In this document: one piece after another, positions 1 through 12,478 of the stretch
Numbering within the stretch: position 1 is the first letter of the stretch
Layout: each line of letters begins with the position of its first letter
Assembly (NCBI GenBank): GCA_964016885.1
Contig: OZ024755.1
Coordinates: forward strand, 42,842,001 to 42,906,000
Source of the DNA: Eledone cirrhosa
Lineage: Eukaryota
Length of the DNA stretch: 64,000 nucleotides
Direction: 5' to 3'
Program-made: the position numbers and the translations under genes
The notes under the pieces: generated by a model
Told to the model about the DNA's origin: nothing
Database searches by the model: none
Seen by the model: the letters and a program-made list of their open reading frames with translations, nothing else

Positions 1-1145
1 ATACACCTAGATGAGATGTAGTTTGATTTGTACCAGGAAAAATCACCACTGACGCCCTCTTCCTTGTGAAGCAAATGCAGAAAAAGTACTTGGCTAAAAG
101 CAAGCCACTCTACTTAGCATTCATGGACCTAATGTAAGCTTTTGACACAGTCCATAATCTGGTGGCCCCTCAGAAAATAAGGGGTAGATGAGTGGCTTCT
201 GAGAGCAATACAAGTAATGTAGATTGAGGAATTCAGTGTACAGGTGGGGGACCATTAGGGTTCCATCTTTAGCCCCCTCCTCTTTATTATTGTCCTACAT
301 GCTATAACAGAGGAATTTAAGACTGGCTACCCATGGGAACTCCTATATGAGGATGACCTGGCCCTTATAGTTGAATCTTTGACAGAATTAGAGAAGAAAT
401 TTCAGGCATGGAGGCACGGCTTGGAAAAGTGAGCAGAAAAGAAAACAGGGTTCTGATTCCCTCAGGGAAATGACCCTACTCTGGATGCAGGAAAGGAGTA
501 GGTAGGAAATTAGGCAGGCTAGCAAAAAACACAGACTTCATAAGTGGACGTTGCACAGGGGTAGTAAGCAAAGACCCTCAGGGAACAAGCACCTTTAAAT
601 GCACAGAGGACCCCATTAAATAGTTGATAGCTTCTGCTACGTGGGTAACCAAATCAGTAGCGTTGGTGGATGTGTGGAAAGTACAGTTGCCAGAGTACGA
701 ACAGGATGGAAACAGTTCAGGGAGCTACTGTTGTTGTTAGCTACAAAAGGTCTCTTACTGAAGTTAAAAGGTAAGCTGTATAATGCCTGTGAGTGCACAG
801 CAATGCCACATGGAAGTGAAACATGGGCACTGCATGCCAAGGATCTACAGAGATTTGAAAGAAATGAAGCCTGTATGCTACAATGGATGTGTAACAGTAG
901 TGTGTGTGAACTGTAAAATGTAAATGAATTGAGTGTGAAACTGGGCATAAGAGGGATCAAATGGTGTGTGCAGGAGAAGACTGCAATGGTATGGACATGT
1001 GATGTGCATGAAGGATGACAGCTGTATAAAAAGTTGCTCGGGGTTGTAGGGTACTTCGAAAGAGGAAGACTTAGGAAGACATGGGATGAAATGATAAAGG
1101 CTGACCGAGACCTCTGGAGCTACAACATACGACAAAAGACCCGAG
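1..1145 (+). mobile_element. Degenerate RTE-clade LINE fragment (RT and C-terminal region)
   Basis: Peptide remnants (VARVRTGWKQFRELL, HGSETWAL, LYEDDL) match the intact RTE ORF at 51028-52689; many stops and frameshifts. Confidence 0.85.
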
Positions 1146-1317
1146 TCAACATTCCAGCCCAGACTGTAAACATGGCCTGTGCATACAAGGCATGGCGCGG
1201 CCAACTGGCCAGATCCTCTTCATAATGGTACCACCCAGTTCCACACTGTAAACATGGTTGGTGTTAGGAAGGGCATCTGTAAAAATCCCAACCAACACAC
1301 AGTTTTGATATCTGCAA

Positions 1318-2317
1318 GGTATGGTGTGGCCATCTGACCAGACCTCTCTCATAACAGGACCACCCACTAACATGGACCCCACTATGAGCTAGGTATGACG
1401 TGGCCATCTGACCAGACCTCTCTCATAACAGGACCACCCACTAACATCGACCCCACTATGAGCTAGGTATGGTGTGGCCATCTGACCAGACCTCTCTCAT
1501 AACAGGACCACCCACTAACATGGACCCCACTATGAGCTAGGTATGGTACGGCCATCTGACCAGACCTCTCTCATAACAGGACCACCCACTAACATGGACC
1601 CCACTATGAGCTAGGTATGGTGTGGCCATCTGACCAGACCTCTCTCATAACAGGACCACCCACTAACATGGACCCCACTATGAGCTAGGTATGGTGTGGC
1701 CATCTGACCAGACCTCTCTCATAACAGGACCACCCACTAACATGGACCCCACTATGAGCTAGGTATGGTGTGGCCATCTGACCAGACCTCTCTCATAACA
1801 GGACCACCCACTAACATGGACCCCACTATGAGCTAGGTATGACGTGGCCATCTGACCAGACCTCTCTCATAACAGGACCACCCACTAACATCGACCCCAC
1901 TATGAGCTAGGTATGGTGTGGCCATCTGACCAGACCTCTCTCATAACAGGACCACCCACTAACATGGACCCCACTATGAGCTAGGTATGACGTGGCCATC
2001 TGACCAGACCTCTCTCATAACAGGACCACCCACTAACATCGACCCCACTATGAGCTAGGTATGGTGTGGCCATCTGACCAGACCTCTCTCATAACAGGAC
2101 CACCCACTAACATGGACCCCACTATGAGCTAGGTATGACGTGGCCATCTGACCAGACCTCTCTCATAACAGGACCACCCACTAACATCGACCCCACTATG
2201 AGCTAGGTATGGTGTGGCCATCTGACCAGACCTCTCTCATAACAGGACCACCCACTAACATGGACCCCACTTTGAGCTAGGTATGGTACGGCCATCTGAC
2301 CAGACATATCTCATAAC
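1318..2317. repeat. 74-bp minisatellite, about 13.5 copies
   Basis: Unit GGTATGGTGTGGCCATCTGACCAGACCTCTCTCATAACAGGACCACCCACTAACATGGACCCCACTATGAGCTA recurs every 74 nt from 1318. Confidence 0.97.
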
Positions 2318-2608
2318 GTGGTTGACCCAACTAACCCATGCAAGCATGGAAAAATAGATGTTGATAAATACTTTAAAATAAGGTTTCCTATCGTAGAACC
2401 ACCGCCGGCTTTAATCAGTTTAGTACCAAAACAGTTACAAGTGCATTTGTTTTTAAATCTGATCTTTAAAAAATTATTTTCTCAAATAGAGAAGTTTCAA
2501 AATTATATCTGTCCTTAGTTTTGTTACAATATTTCTAGTAATATATTCTACTTTAATTTCTAAAATAGTCGAACATTCTTAGAGGTTTCTTTCACTAAAC
2601 TAACTTAA

Positions 2609-2814
2609 CCCTTTAACATTTAAACCGTCCATATCCGGCCAGAATCCTCTCACCTCTTTCTGTTCAAACCGGCCGTAATTGCACCCTCATACCAATGTTA
2701 AGGTATTGTTCTCAAAATAAATAATGTCAAAATCTCATAGAATCAATATTATGTGATAAAGTTTTTACTGTGAAAATACAATAATAAATATAGAGTGATG
2801 TAAATGCTAAAGGG
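2609..2814. mobile_element. piggyBac-type MITE
   Basis: TTAA on both sides (2605-2608, 2815-2818); imperfect TIRs CCCTTTAACATTTA / TAAATGCTAAAGGG. Confidence 0.75.
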
Positions 2815-3000
2815 TTAATAATTATAAAAGACAGATTTTTACATATTGAAATCATATATATATTGTCTGTTGCTGTAGAGATCTCTGGTGTTCTCAGTCC
2901 CTGAACTACCAGAGAAGGGCATTCCAGGTGAGGTGGTGTAGCTGTTGCAGTGGCTGTCACAAGCTATTCTTTACAGTAATGTCATTGCCATTTTGAGGTG

Positions 3001-3870
3001 CAACTGAGATATACCACCTAGATTGGGGTGTAGAGTCTGTCACTCCCTACCACAGCTGAGATATACCACCTAGACTGGGGTATAGAGTCTACCACTCCCT
3101 ACCACAGCTGAGATATACCACCTAGACTGGAGTATAGAATTTGTCACTCCCTACCACAGCTAAAATATACCACCTAGACTGGGGTGTAGAGTCTACCACT
3201 CCCTACCACAGCTGAGATATACCACCTAGACTGGAGTGTAGAATCTGTCACTCCCTACCACAGCTGAAATATACCACCTAGACTGGGGTGTAGAGTCTAC
3301 CACTCCCTACCACAGCTAAGGTATACAGCCTAGACTGGAGTGTAGAGTCTGTAGCAAGAGTTGCCTCCCTTGTTATGACAATCACGTCACCGCTCTCTAG
3401 ACAGGAAGTAGCTGGAGTTACTTCCCGTTGGGGTGGCAGAACCCTTTTTGTCACTTCCGTCCTGGGACCCTATAAAAGGGATACTCAGGGCGATCTCACT
3501 CTCTTCTAACTAGCCTGGCCCTTCGGCCAGGCGCGTTCGCCTGGCAACCCTAACATGGTCTCTTGCGAGTTAACTTCAAAACGGTAACAAATAACTTTAC
3601 TTCATTCTTTCATCTACCCATGGACATGTCAACAATTCTATTCTACATAACTTCAACTTGTTAATTAAACTTTATACACACAACCTAGTGTCTTGCTATA
3701 TTCATACACACCAGTATTTTGTTATAAGTCTGTCACTCCCACAGCTGAGATATACCACCTAGACTGGGGTGTAGAGTTTACCACAGCTGAGCTATACACC
3801 CTAGACTGGGTGTAGAGTCTAACACTCCCACAACTGAGATATATCACCTAGACTGGGGTGTAGATTCTAT
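3001..3870. repeat. About 51-bp minisatellite split by a solo LTR
   Basis: Unit ACAGCTGAGATATACCACCTAGACTGGGGTGTAGAGTCT(G/A)(T/C)CACTCCCTACC in 3001-3349, shorter degraded units in 3727-3870. Confidence 0.9.
3350..3726 (+). mobile_element. Solo LTR, probably Gypsy-type
   Basis: 4-bp TSD AGTC (3346-3349, 3727-3730); ends TGTAGCAA...TTGTTATA (degraded TG...CA); internal TATAAAAGGG at 3471. Confidence 0.7.
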
Positions 3871-3954
3871 TACATTAAAGAAATGTCATTGCCTGGCCAC
3901 TTTATTTCAATCATGAAAATTTCAGTTGTTTGAAGGAAAATTTCAATACTTTAA

Positions 3955-4183
3955 CCATTTTGTGACCATATTTCTAATGACACACACTTTATTTCAGTTA
4001 ATTAACGAAAAATTATGAGTGGGTTATTAAAATCATTAATTATTTCATAACTAATGTAACTTAACGAATGGTTCTTATATAAAATTATGCTGGAAGATTT
4101 TAATATAAATAAGTAACCTTTAAAATGGGTGCTTTGGTTTCATAGAACCAGAGCCAATTTAGGCAAAGTTGGTAACAAAAGGA
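3955..4183. mobile_element. Diverged piggyBac-like MITE
   Basis: TTAA-CCATTTTGTGACC ... GGTAACAAAAGGA-TTTA imperfect termini. Confidence 0.35.
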
Positions 4184-4304
4184 TTTATATAAGCAGTTTT
4201 AGGTAGCTAGCTTATTGTTGAAAGTGCTCAGAAGATTTCATTAGTGGCCCCTAAATATAAACATAACATAATATTTTTTGGAACTTTTCTGTTCTCAATT
4301 TCAG

Positions 4305-4413
4305 TTACTTCCTACTAGAAGAGAGCAATGTTCCCTGTGAACTCATTGACATCAGTGTGGGAATAATGCAAAACATAATGGAACCATTTAGCTTTCTACT
4401 TGGTCAAATTCAG
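4305..4413 (+). CDS. ENGASE: Internal exon of a probable cytosolic endo-beta-N-acetylglucosaminidase
   Basis: Acceptor tttcag/ and donor cag/gtaaga; encodes YFLLEESNVPCELIDISVGIMQNIMEPFSFLLGQIQ; joins in phase 0 to VIPMK at 15826, giving FSFLLGQIQVI, which recalls the ENGase F-x-x-x-LGEIQV segment. Confidence 0.6.
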
Positions 4414-4565
4414 GTAAGAATCTTCATTACTTTTACATCCACTTTTCCCTTTTGGCATCGGTTGGACAGGATGTTCTGAGACAATATTTTGCAGCTGGAT
4501 GCTCTTCCTGATGCCAACCCTTTTAGACACCTCTTATGAAACACAAAGATGATGATAATAATTAT

Positions 4566-5055
4566 TTGGCAGTATCGGTAGAGCGTCGGACGCCATGCTT
4601 TGACGCATAGTTACGGCTCTTTCCATTCTGAGTTCAAATCTCGCCCAGGTTAACTTTGCCTTTCATCAGTACGGGGTCGATAAAATAAAGTACCAGTAAT
4701 TATACTAGGTAATTGCTGGCCTTGTGCCAAAAGTAGAAACAATTATTATTATGGTGGTGGATTGGCAGTATCGTTAGAGTGTCAGACAACATGCAGCATA
4801 GAGTTATGGCCCTTTACGTTCTGAGTTCAAATCCCTCCAAGTTTAGCTTTGCCTTTCATCCTTACATCATCATCATTATTTTACGTTTGCTTTTTCCTGC
4901 TTGCAAGGGTGGGACGGGTCCTATTCAGCACAGCATCTCTCCACTTGTCACGGTCCTTCGTCATCTCCTCCGTGAGTTTCAGTAACCAGAAGTCTGCTCT
5001 TACCACCTCCGCCCATGTTTTTCAGGATCAATAAAATAAAGCAACAGTAATGTAC
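4566..5055 (+). mobile_element. Two tandem tRNA-derived SINEs with a Deu/Nin-like domain; the second is interrupted by an antisense RTE 3' end (about 4865-5025)
   Basis: B-box-like GAGTTCAAATC and motif GCCTTTCATC...GGGGTCGATAAAATAAAGTACCAG; inserted (CAT)n tail plus RTE C-terminal sequence. Confidence 0.7.
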
Positions 5056-5258
5056 GGGTCCCAATATTTCGGATGTACCATTAATTATAAAGGGGTCCAT
5101 TGGGAAACTAAAAGAATACCAGAAATTACCTTTCTATTCCTCTCTGTGGTTCCAACAATATTTATTTACAATCTCACATTGTAGCAGCTTCCTAATTATA
5201 ACCACATTTCATATTACACAATGCTTCAAGCAAACTACAGCACTCTCATGTATGTGTG

Positions 5259-5293
<35 letters not shown>

Positions 5294-5298
<5 letters not shown>

Positions 5299-5647
5299 TA
5301 AAAGGAATTCCAACTTTGTCTGATTTACTCGTTTTATATACAATCCTTTAAAATTATAATGATATTATAATGAAATAGTATGGTAGAATATTAAATGTGA
5401 AGTGTTAATTGAACAAGTACTTTCATGCTTTCGCAATCTTCAGGTTCATATTCAGTGGTGACAGTCAAGTTTGCAATTTTTATCACTGAATATGAACCTG
5501 AAGATTGCGAAAGCATGAAAGTACTTGTTCAATTAACACTTCACATTTAATATTCTACCATACTATTTCATTATAATATCATTATAATTTTAAAGGATTG
5601 TATATAAAACGAGTAAATCAGACAAAGTTGGAATTCCTTTTATTAAT
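5294..5647. repeat. Perfect fold-back repeat (164-bp arms, 26-bp spacer) between (TA)n tracts
   Basis: 5294-5457 is the reverse complement of 5484-5647. Confidence 0.97.
5494..5530 (+). ncRNA. Minimal type I hammerhead ribozyme motif (mirror copy at 5411-5447, minus strand)
   Basis: GAAC-CUGAAGA-UUGCGAAAGCAU-GAAA-GUAC-UU-GUUC: stem I GAAC/GUUC, conserved core, palindromic stem III AGUACU. Confidence 0.75.
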
Positions 5648-5648
5648 A

Positions 5649-5692
<44 letters not shown>

Positions 5693-5698
<6 letters not shown>

Positions 5699-6453
5699 AT
5701 ACTTTGGGAGGGTCATGTTGCCAATAAGAAGCACACGCACCAGTTGCTTTCACTTCGATTTATTATAATAAATTTATAATAAATTTATAATAAATTTATA
5801 AATTTATAAATTTCTGGTTGGTTGGTTGGTTCCACAACCAGATAGTTGTTTATATATTGTCATAGTTCTTTCGTCACACACTCTGTGACCTCTTCAGTGA
5901 CTGGGGATTCCTTTCTTTGTTTTTGTGCCTCTCCTTTGTTCTGTCCTACGCCATTTTGTTTCTGTGTGTGTGTTGTGTGGCAATAAACATAAAAGAATTA
6001 CAACCAAAATTAAATAGAAAATATGAGTGGAACAGCAACATCACAACTTACAATTAAGGACAAAATGAAAACACACACACACATAGAACAAACAACCAAC
6101 AGTAACATGTAAATAAACAAATAAATAAATGAACATAAACACACACAGACACCCGGATGTGGCGCATGCGCAGACTAAGCACACAACACACACACAGAAA
6201 CAAAATGGCGTAGGACAGAACAAAGGAGAGGCACAAAAACAGAGAAAGGAATCCCCAGTCACTGAAGAGATCACAGAGTGTGTGACGAAAGAACTATGAC
6301 AATATATAAACAACTATCTGGTTGTGGAACCAACCAACCAACCAGAAATTTATAAATTTATAAATTTATTATAATAAATTGAAGTGAAAGCAACTGGTGC
6401 GTGTGTTTCTTATTGGCAACATGACCCTCCCAAAGTATAACAATATCGGTTTC
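5693..6453 (+). mobile_element. 5'-truncated Penelope-like element end (5979-6453) preceded by an inverted pseudo-LTR copy (5693-5978)
   Basis: 5980-6058 encodes AINIKELQPKLNRKYEWNSNITTYN*, matching the GIY-YIG C-terminus at 37314-37390; 5693-5978 is inverted relative to about 6181-6446. Confidence 0.85.
6258..6300 (+). ncRNA. Hammerhead ribozyme motif in a PLE pseudo-LTR (other copies at 5859-5901 and 37072-37114, both minus)
   Basis: GUCA-CUGAAGA-G(A/G)UCACAGAGUGUGUGAC-GAAA-GAAC-UA-UGAC. Confidence 0.8.
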
Positions 6454-6850
6454 ATTCTCAGACCGGGTGATGTGTTGTTTCCTTGAGCAAGACACTTTAT
6501 TTCACATTGCTCCAGTTTACTCAGCTGTAGAAATGAGACGATAGGGACTGGGGTCCCTATCATTCCACTGCAAAGTGGTCGTGGAGGTGCCACGGCAAAA
6601 AAGCACCCAGCACTCACTGTAAATGAGGTTGGTGTTAGGAAGGGCATCCAGCTATAGAAATCAACCCAGAATCAGTTCCAGTCCCACCCTTGCAAGCAGG
6701 GAAAAGGAGACGTAAAATGATGATGATGATGATGATGTAAGGATGAAAGGCAAAGCTAAACTTGGAGGGATTTGAACTCAGAACGTAAAGGGCCATAACT
6801 CTATGCTGCATGTTGTCTGACACTCTTACGATACTGCCAATCCACCACCA
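6454..6850. mobile_element. 5'-truncated CORE-type SINE (+, 6454-6737) abutting a Deu/Nin-type SINE head (-, 6738-6850)
   Basis: CCTTGAGCAAGACACTTTATTTCACATTGCTCC core and (GAT)n tail; then the reverse complement of 4752-4864. Confidence 0.75.
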
Positions 6851-6873
6851 TAAATATAATTATTATTGGTTTC

Positions 6874-7170
6874 TTATATAGACACAAGGCCTTCCTTATT
6901 AATGCTAGTGAGTGCAGATTCTGTTGTTTTTTTGTATTTTTTTGTGCAATTCACGACGTATAAAAATGGTGTATATGTTTGATGTTTTGTCTGCTTGGTG
7001 TTGTGTAGTTTTTTTAGTAGTGCATTGATGTTGTTTTGCAATTTGTTGTAATGTGTCCGTTTTCTGAATTTAGTTCCACTTATCATTTTCATGAGGTTGA
7101 GTTCGAAGGCATTGAGTTGGGGGTTATTTGGTGGAATTTTGCAGCATTTGAATCTGTATTTTTCCCTACA
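6874..7170 (-). mobile_element. N-terminal fragment of a Penelope-like ORF (Hydra-type)
   Basis: KYRFKCCKIPPNNPQLNAFELNLMKMISGTKFRK resembles the N-terminal region of YRDD-type PLE ORFs. Confidence 0.5.
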
Positions 7171-7191
7171 CATACACTCACACATGTGTGC

Positions 7192-7238
<47 letters not shown>

Positions 7239-7539
7239 TGTGTATATGTGTATATATGTGTACGTATATTTATTTTATATATATTTTTAAACACATATAT
7301 ATGTGTGTGTTTGCATATGTGTGTAGGTATATATACATGTATATGTGTATGTATGTATATATATATATGTATATGCATATCTTGTGTGTGTATTTGTTTA
7401 TATTTAAGTTATTTTTTTATTTATCCCCCCCCCCCCCTCACACACTCACACTTATCGTTGTCAACACGTCCCCTCCCTTTTTTTACTTTATTTTGTTTTT
7501 GATTTTTACCTTTACTTTCTTATATGTATATATATATAT

Positions 7540-9610
7540 ATAAATCTGAGGATGTGTGTGTTAAGGTTTGTAACGGATTCACGTCCACAATTTCCAATGG
7601 ATTCAATTACAAAGTTGGGACAATTATTGCTTTTCGTCAGGAAAAGGTCATGAAGCAAAAAAATTTCAAATCCATTAACAATAAGGGCAAAATCGATCAT
7701 GATCATTCCCCCTCTCTATAATTTAACTGCTTTACTCTCTCTGTCGCTCTTCACTCCCTATACTGCAGTAGAGCGTTCCCTAACACTGCAGTAGAGCGTT
7801 CCGTATTGACATATGGCTTATCTGGGGCATTTTCAATCGGCCTATTGCAAATAACAACCCGCAAAATAACACTTCATATAACAGATTAATGCTATAGACA
7901 TATGAATCGGAATGTAACCCATGAACTTTTTCCTGGGCAAAATTATTCGAACAGACATGACCTCATTGACAGAGTGTTCAGACTGAAACAGGTTAAACTC
8001 ATGGCTTTAATCAAAAAGGGTCATGTATTTGGGACTGTAAATTGTGACATGTTCACCGTCGAATGGCAAAAATGAGGGCTGCCACATGCTCACATTTTGA
8101 TTTGGTTAGCTGATAAAATCAATTCAAATGCCATAGACAGCTTCATTTCGGCTGAAATCCATAACCCAGCAACTGACCAGGAATTACATGACATCGTCAA
8201 AGCTAACATGCTCCGTGTACGTCGGGTCCTAATGAGCATCACACGTGTCTGGGGGTCGTGCAGTAAGGGATACCCCCCAAAATTTGTTGACCAGACTCTG
8301 CCTGGTGGCGACGATACCCCCTGTACAGGCGGAGACGGCCCGAGAACGGTGGCTTCACCACAACAGTAAAGGGAGGTCAAGTCGAAAATAGATGGGTGGT
8401 CCCTTACTGCCCGCTTCTTTTGAAGATGTTCAACGTCCACATCAACGTTGAGTTTTGCAACTCCGTCAAGTCGATAAAATACATATGCAAATATGTAAAT
8501 AAGGGCTCTGATGCCGCAATGTTCGCATTTTAAGCTGAAAATAGCAGGGACGAGGTCACAGAATACCTGGCGGGGCGGTACATCAGTAGCAATGAAGCTT
8601 TTTGGTGCCTGTTTGGTTTACCCCTACACCAACGGCACCCCTCCATCGAACAGATTGCAGTACATTTGGAAAATGGGCAAAGGGTTTACTTTACGGACCA
8701 AACCGCCGCCAAGTTGGTCGCTGATCGGAAAGAGACCACTCTGATGGGTTTCTTCAAACTTTGCCAGTTCGATACATTTGGTCAAACAATTGTGTACCCT
8801 AGGTTCCATCCTACTTTATATGGTTGAAAAACACTTGGGTGCGAAGAAAGTCAGGTCAGGCTGTTGAAAGACATCCTGGTGTAAAATTTGACAGCTGTCT
8901 TCGAAGGGTTTACATTGTGCCCCCAAGTCAGCATGAGTGCTTTCATCTCCGCCTTCTTCTGCATGAAGTTGTAGGCCCACAAAGTTTTCAGGACCTCAAA
9001 ACTGTTGATGGAGAAATATGTGATATGTACCGGGAAGCCTGCTTTAAGTGTGGTCTTTTGGAAGATGATTTGCAATGGGATTCCACTTTAGCAGAGGGTG
9101 CTTTGTTGAAATCACCTAAAGTCTACGGGAACTCTTTGCCATTTTGCTTCAAAAGTGTGAATTGGGTGATCCCAAATCTTTATGGGTCAAGTACAGAGAC
9201 TTCATGTCTGAGGACTTCCTGGGCCTGGCTCATCTGCAGTATCCTTCAGTGGAAGTTGGTTACAGCGACATTATCTACAACAGGGCACTCATTGATATCG
9301 AGGATGCCCTCCTCGACATGGGTAGGAGTGAGTTGGTGACGTATGGCTTGCCGTCAACCGTCAGAGAGGAAGCTAACACGTTGGCCCTGGATTTGTTGCG
9401 GGAAACAGCATATGACATCGAATCTCTTTCCCAATAGTTAGAGGAAAATGAGCCCAGACTTCTGTTGGACCAAAGGTTGGCCTATTTAACTATCATTGAC
9501 GCGTTTCTCGATGCTCCTGGGGGTACCGGAAAAACTTTTGTAACAAAATTGATTCTGGCTAAGATTCATCAGGAGAAAAATATTGCGTTGGCCGTTGCAT
9601 CGTCCGGGAT
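7540..9610 (+). mobile_element. Degenerate Helitron RepHel fragment
   Basis: Rep motifs EWQK*GLPHAHILIWL and HINVEFCNSVKSIKYICKYVNKG; Pif1 Walker A FLDAPGGTGKTF and AVASSGI; many frameshifts. Confidence 0.9.
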
Positions 9611-12376
9611 CACTGTGGACTGTGTGTTTTTTTTTTGTCGTGACACCTACACGACCTCATTTATTTTGGACTGGATGTTGTGGTACCAACATAACTTTAC
9701 ATCGAAAGGGGTGGTGTGGATGGGGTGGGGGTGGTGGGACGTGGTGTATTTTTGTTAGAGGTGCCTACTGACTGTAGGTTTTGCTTTGTACTTAGGCAAG
9801 GCGGGTCTTCTGTATTAGTGTGTAGCGCCAAAGATCTCGGTCCAGTGACATTGTCTTGGAGAGGTGTAAGTGTGTGAGGTCGGAATTTATCAAGTCGTCT
9901 CAGGTTTTTCTTGGTCTGCCTACTCCGTGGCTACCGCCCTGCACTTTTTTATACAGCTGTCGTTTTTCATGCGCATCACGTGACCATACCAACGTAGTCT
10001 TCTCTCGAGTAAACAACATCTGATCGCTCTTATTCCTAATTTCTCCCTTAGTTCATTTATGCTTTGCCGTTCACGTATATTACTATTACACATCCAACGG
10101 AGCATGCAAGCTTCATTCCTCTCCAGTCTGCGTATATCCTCTGCACACAATGCCCAAGTCTCACTGCCATGTAACATTGCTGTTCGTATGCAGGCATCAT
10201 ACAGCCTGCCTTTCATTTTTAGAGAGAAACCTTTAGCGGCCAATAGTGGTATAAGCTCTCTGAACTTTTTCCATCCAGTTCTGACTCTGGCTACTGTACT
10301 TTCAGAGCACCCTCCACCACTGCTGATTTTGTCACCCAGGTAACGGAAGGTGTCCACTATTTCTATAGAACCATCTGTGCAATGGAATGAGCTAGTATTC
10401 TGTGGGCACTTGCTGCTACTTATTGCACCAGAGCACCGGCCACATATAAAATCTATATTCTTAGTTAGCTTACCTGTGATCCCACTACATCTTTTATGCA
10501 CCCATACTTTGCATTTGGGACATAAAATGGAGTTTCTGCCTACTCCTTTCCTACACACTGAGCATGGCCATTTCCCAGATGGGACCAGTACCCTATTTTC
10601 CTTCCTACAAACTAGAATTTTAGTCTTAGACAGGTTAATTTTAAGGCCTTTTGATTCAAGGCCATGCTTCCATGTTTGGAATTTCTTCTCTAGTTCAGCC
10701 ATTGATTTAGCTATGAGCGTTAGATCATCTGCGTATAGGAGTTCCCGTGGGCAGCCAGTCTTGAACTCCTCTGTTTTAGCCTGAAGGGCAATAATAAATA
10801 GTAGGGGGCTAAGTACTGAGCTCTGATGAACACCAACTTTTACGCTAAACTCTTCACTGTATTTGTTGTTAATTCTAACCTTGCTGACTGTTTCTTTATA
10901 CATGGCTTGTATAGCTCTCACAAGCCATTCATCAACACCTAGTTTTCTAAGAGCCCACCAGATAATTGAGCGGGGGACTCTGTCAAAGGCTTTCTCCAAG
11001 TCAACAAAAGCTAAGTATAGGGGTTTACTTTTAGCTAGGTACTTCTCCTGTAGTCGTACAATGAAAAGAGCGTCTGTTGTACTTTTACCTGACACAAACC
11101 CGAACTACATTTCATCTAGATCAATTCGCTCTCTGATTAGTTGCGCTATTACTTTTTCTGTGACCTTCATGACCTGGTCAATTAATTTATATATATGTAT
11201 ATATATATATATATATGCATATATATATATATATATATATATGTAGAAAAGATGAATATAAAATGAAAGTGCTTTTTTTTAAAAAAGGAATTTATTAGGT
11301 ATTGACATATGTTTCTGTAACAGACGGAATACCTATGTATAGCTGCTTGCGTAATCATATAATGTTAGCAAGTATTCGATAGCAAATGTATAATCAGTTG
11401 TCACTTCTTCAGAGATATTGGATATATTGGAAAAAATCAGAAAAATTGAAGTATTTATATTAGTTGTAGTAAAGGAAAAAGAGAGGGGATGGTATATGAC
11501 AGATGGCAATTCAATTTACTGGTAAACAAGTATATAAAGGGTTTCTAATGAGAATACAATGAGTACATGGTTTATTTTATCTAAATCAGAATTTTTGGGA
11601 GTGCCTATTTTAATCTATACTTGACCAATTGAACAATGGACAGGGCTGGTCAATTAATTTAATGCCTCTATAGTTTCCCCTATCTAGGGCATCACCTTTA
11701 CCCTTGTAGCAGTTAATGATGATGCTACTGCGCCAGTCCTTCGGAACGACCCCATTCTGTATGACTTAGTTTACTATCCGGGTGACCATAGTGTGTCCCA
11801 CCGTTCCAGATGCTTTCAGCATTTTGGCAACTATTTCCGAAGGCCCGGCCGCCTTGCCCGTCTTCATGTCTTTGATCGCCTTACTTATTATACTACCTTC
11901 AACTTGCACTGCTGGTCCCTCTATTGGGTCGATGTGGGGAAGACTGTCTTTCTCCCAATTAATCTCCTCATTTAGTAGCCTTTCGTAGTGACACTTCCAA
12001 GCTACCTTCTTATCAGCGTCAGTGATGGGGCAAGTACATCATCATCATTTAGGACACACTTCTCCCTGACAATATCACTGTTTTCCTTGACACATTGCCT
12101 AGCAATCCTGAACACCTCACGTTTTTGGTCCACGCGTTGTAGAACATGCTTGAACTTTCTTTCCTCTGCTTCCCTTCTTGCGAAGTACACTTGTCTCATA
12201 GCTTCCCTCCTGGCCACTTGATAGTCTTCTCTACTTCCCCCATCCCGCCATGCTTTCCAAGCCTGCTTTTTGGCCTTGATTGACCTCTCCACCTTACTGT
12301 TCCACCACCAAGTTACTCTCCTCCTGCCTATAGGCCTGCTCCAGCCACAGGTTTCATCTGTCGCCTTCAGCAGGTT
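9611..12376 (-). mobile_element. RTE LINE, 5'-truncated, interrupted at 11190-11645
   Basis: ORF 9920-11095 with FVDLEKAFD, LYADDL and PHD-like cysteines; upstream part continues at 11646-12376. Confidence 0.93.
11190..11645 (-). mobile_element. (TA)n-tailed insert with a 16-bp TSD and a hammerhead-like motif (PLE-like end)
   Basis: CTGGTCAATTAATTTA at 11174-11189 and 11646-11661; minus strand CUGAAGA...GAAA-CAUAUG-UC followed by AAUAAA and (TA)n. Confidence 0.6.
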
Positions 12377-12429
12377 ACATATATATATATGTATATACAT
12401 ATGTATATATATGTATATACATATGTATA

Positions 12430-12471
<42 letters not shown>

Positions 12472-12478
<7 letters not shown>

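Noticed and set aside
1318-2317. CRISPR-like array
   Set aside because: Units are contiguous near-identical repeats with no unique spacers, no cas genes, and a eukaryotic context.
10059-11246. Antisense ORFs overlapping RTE, Tx1 and Gypsy coding regions
   Set aside because: Shadow frames of the retroelement ORFs with no recognisable motifs.
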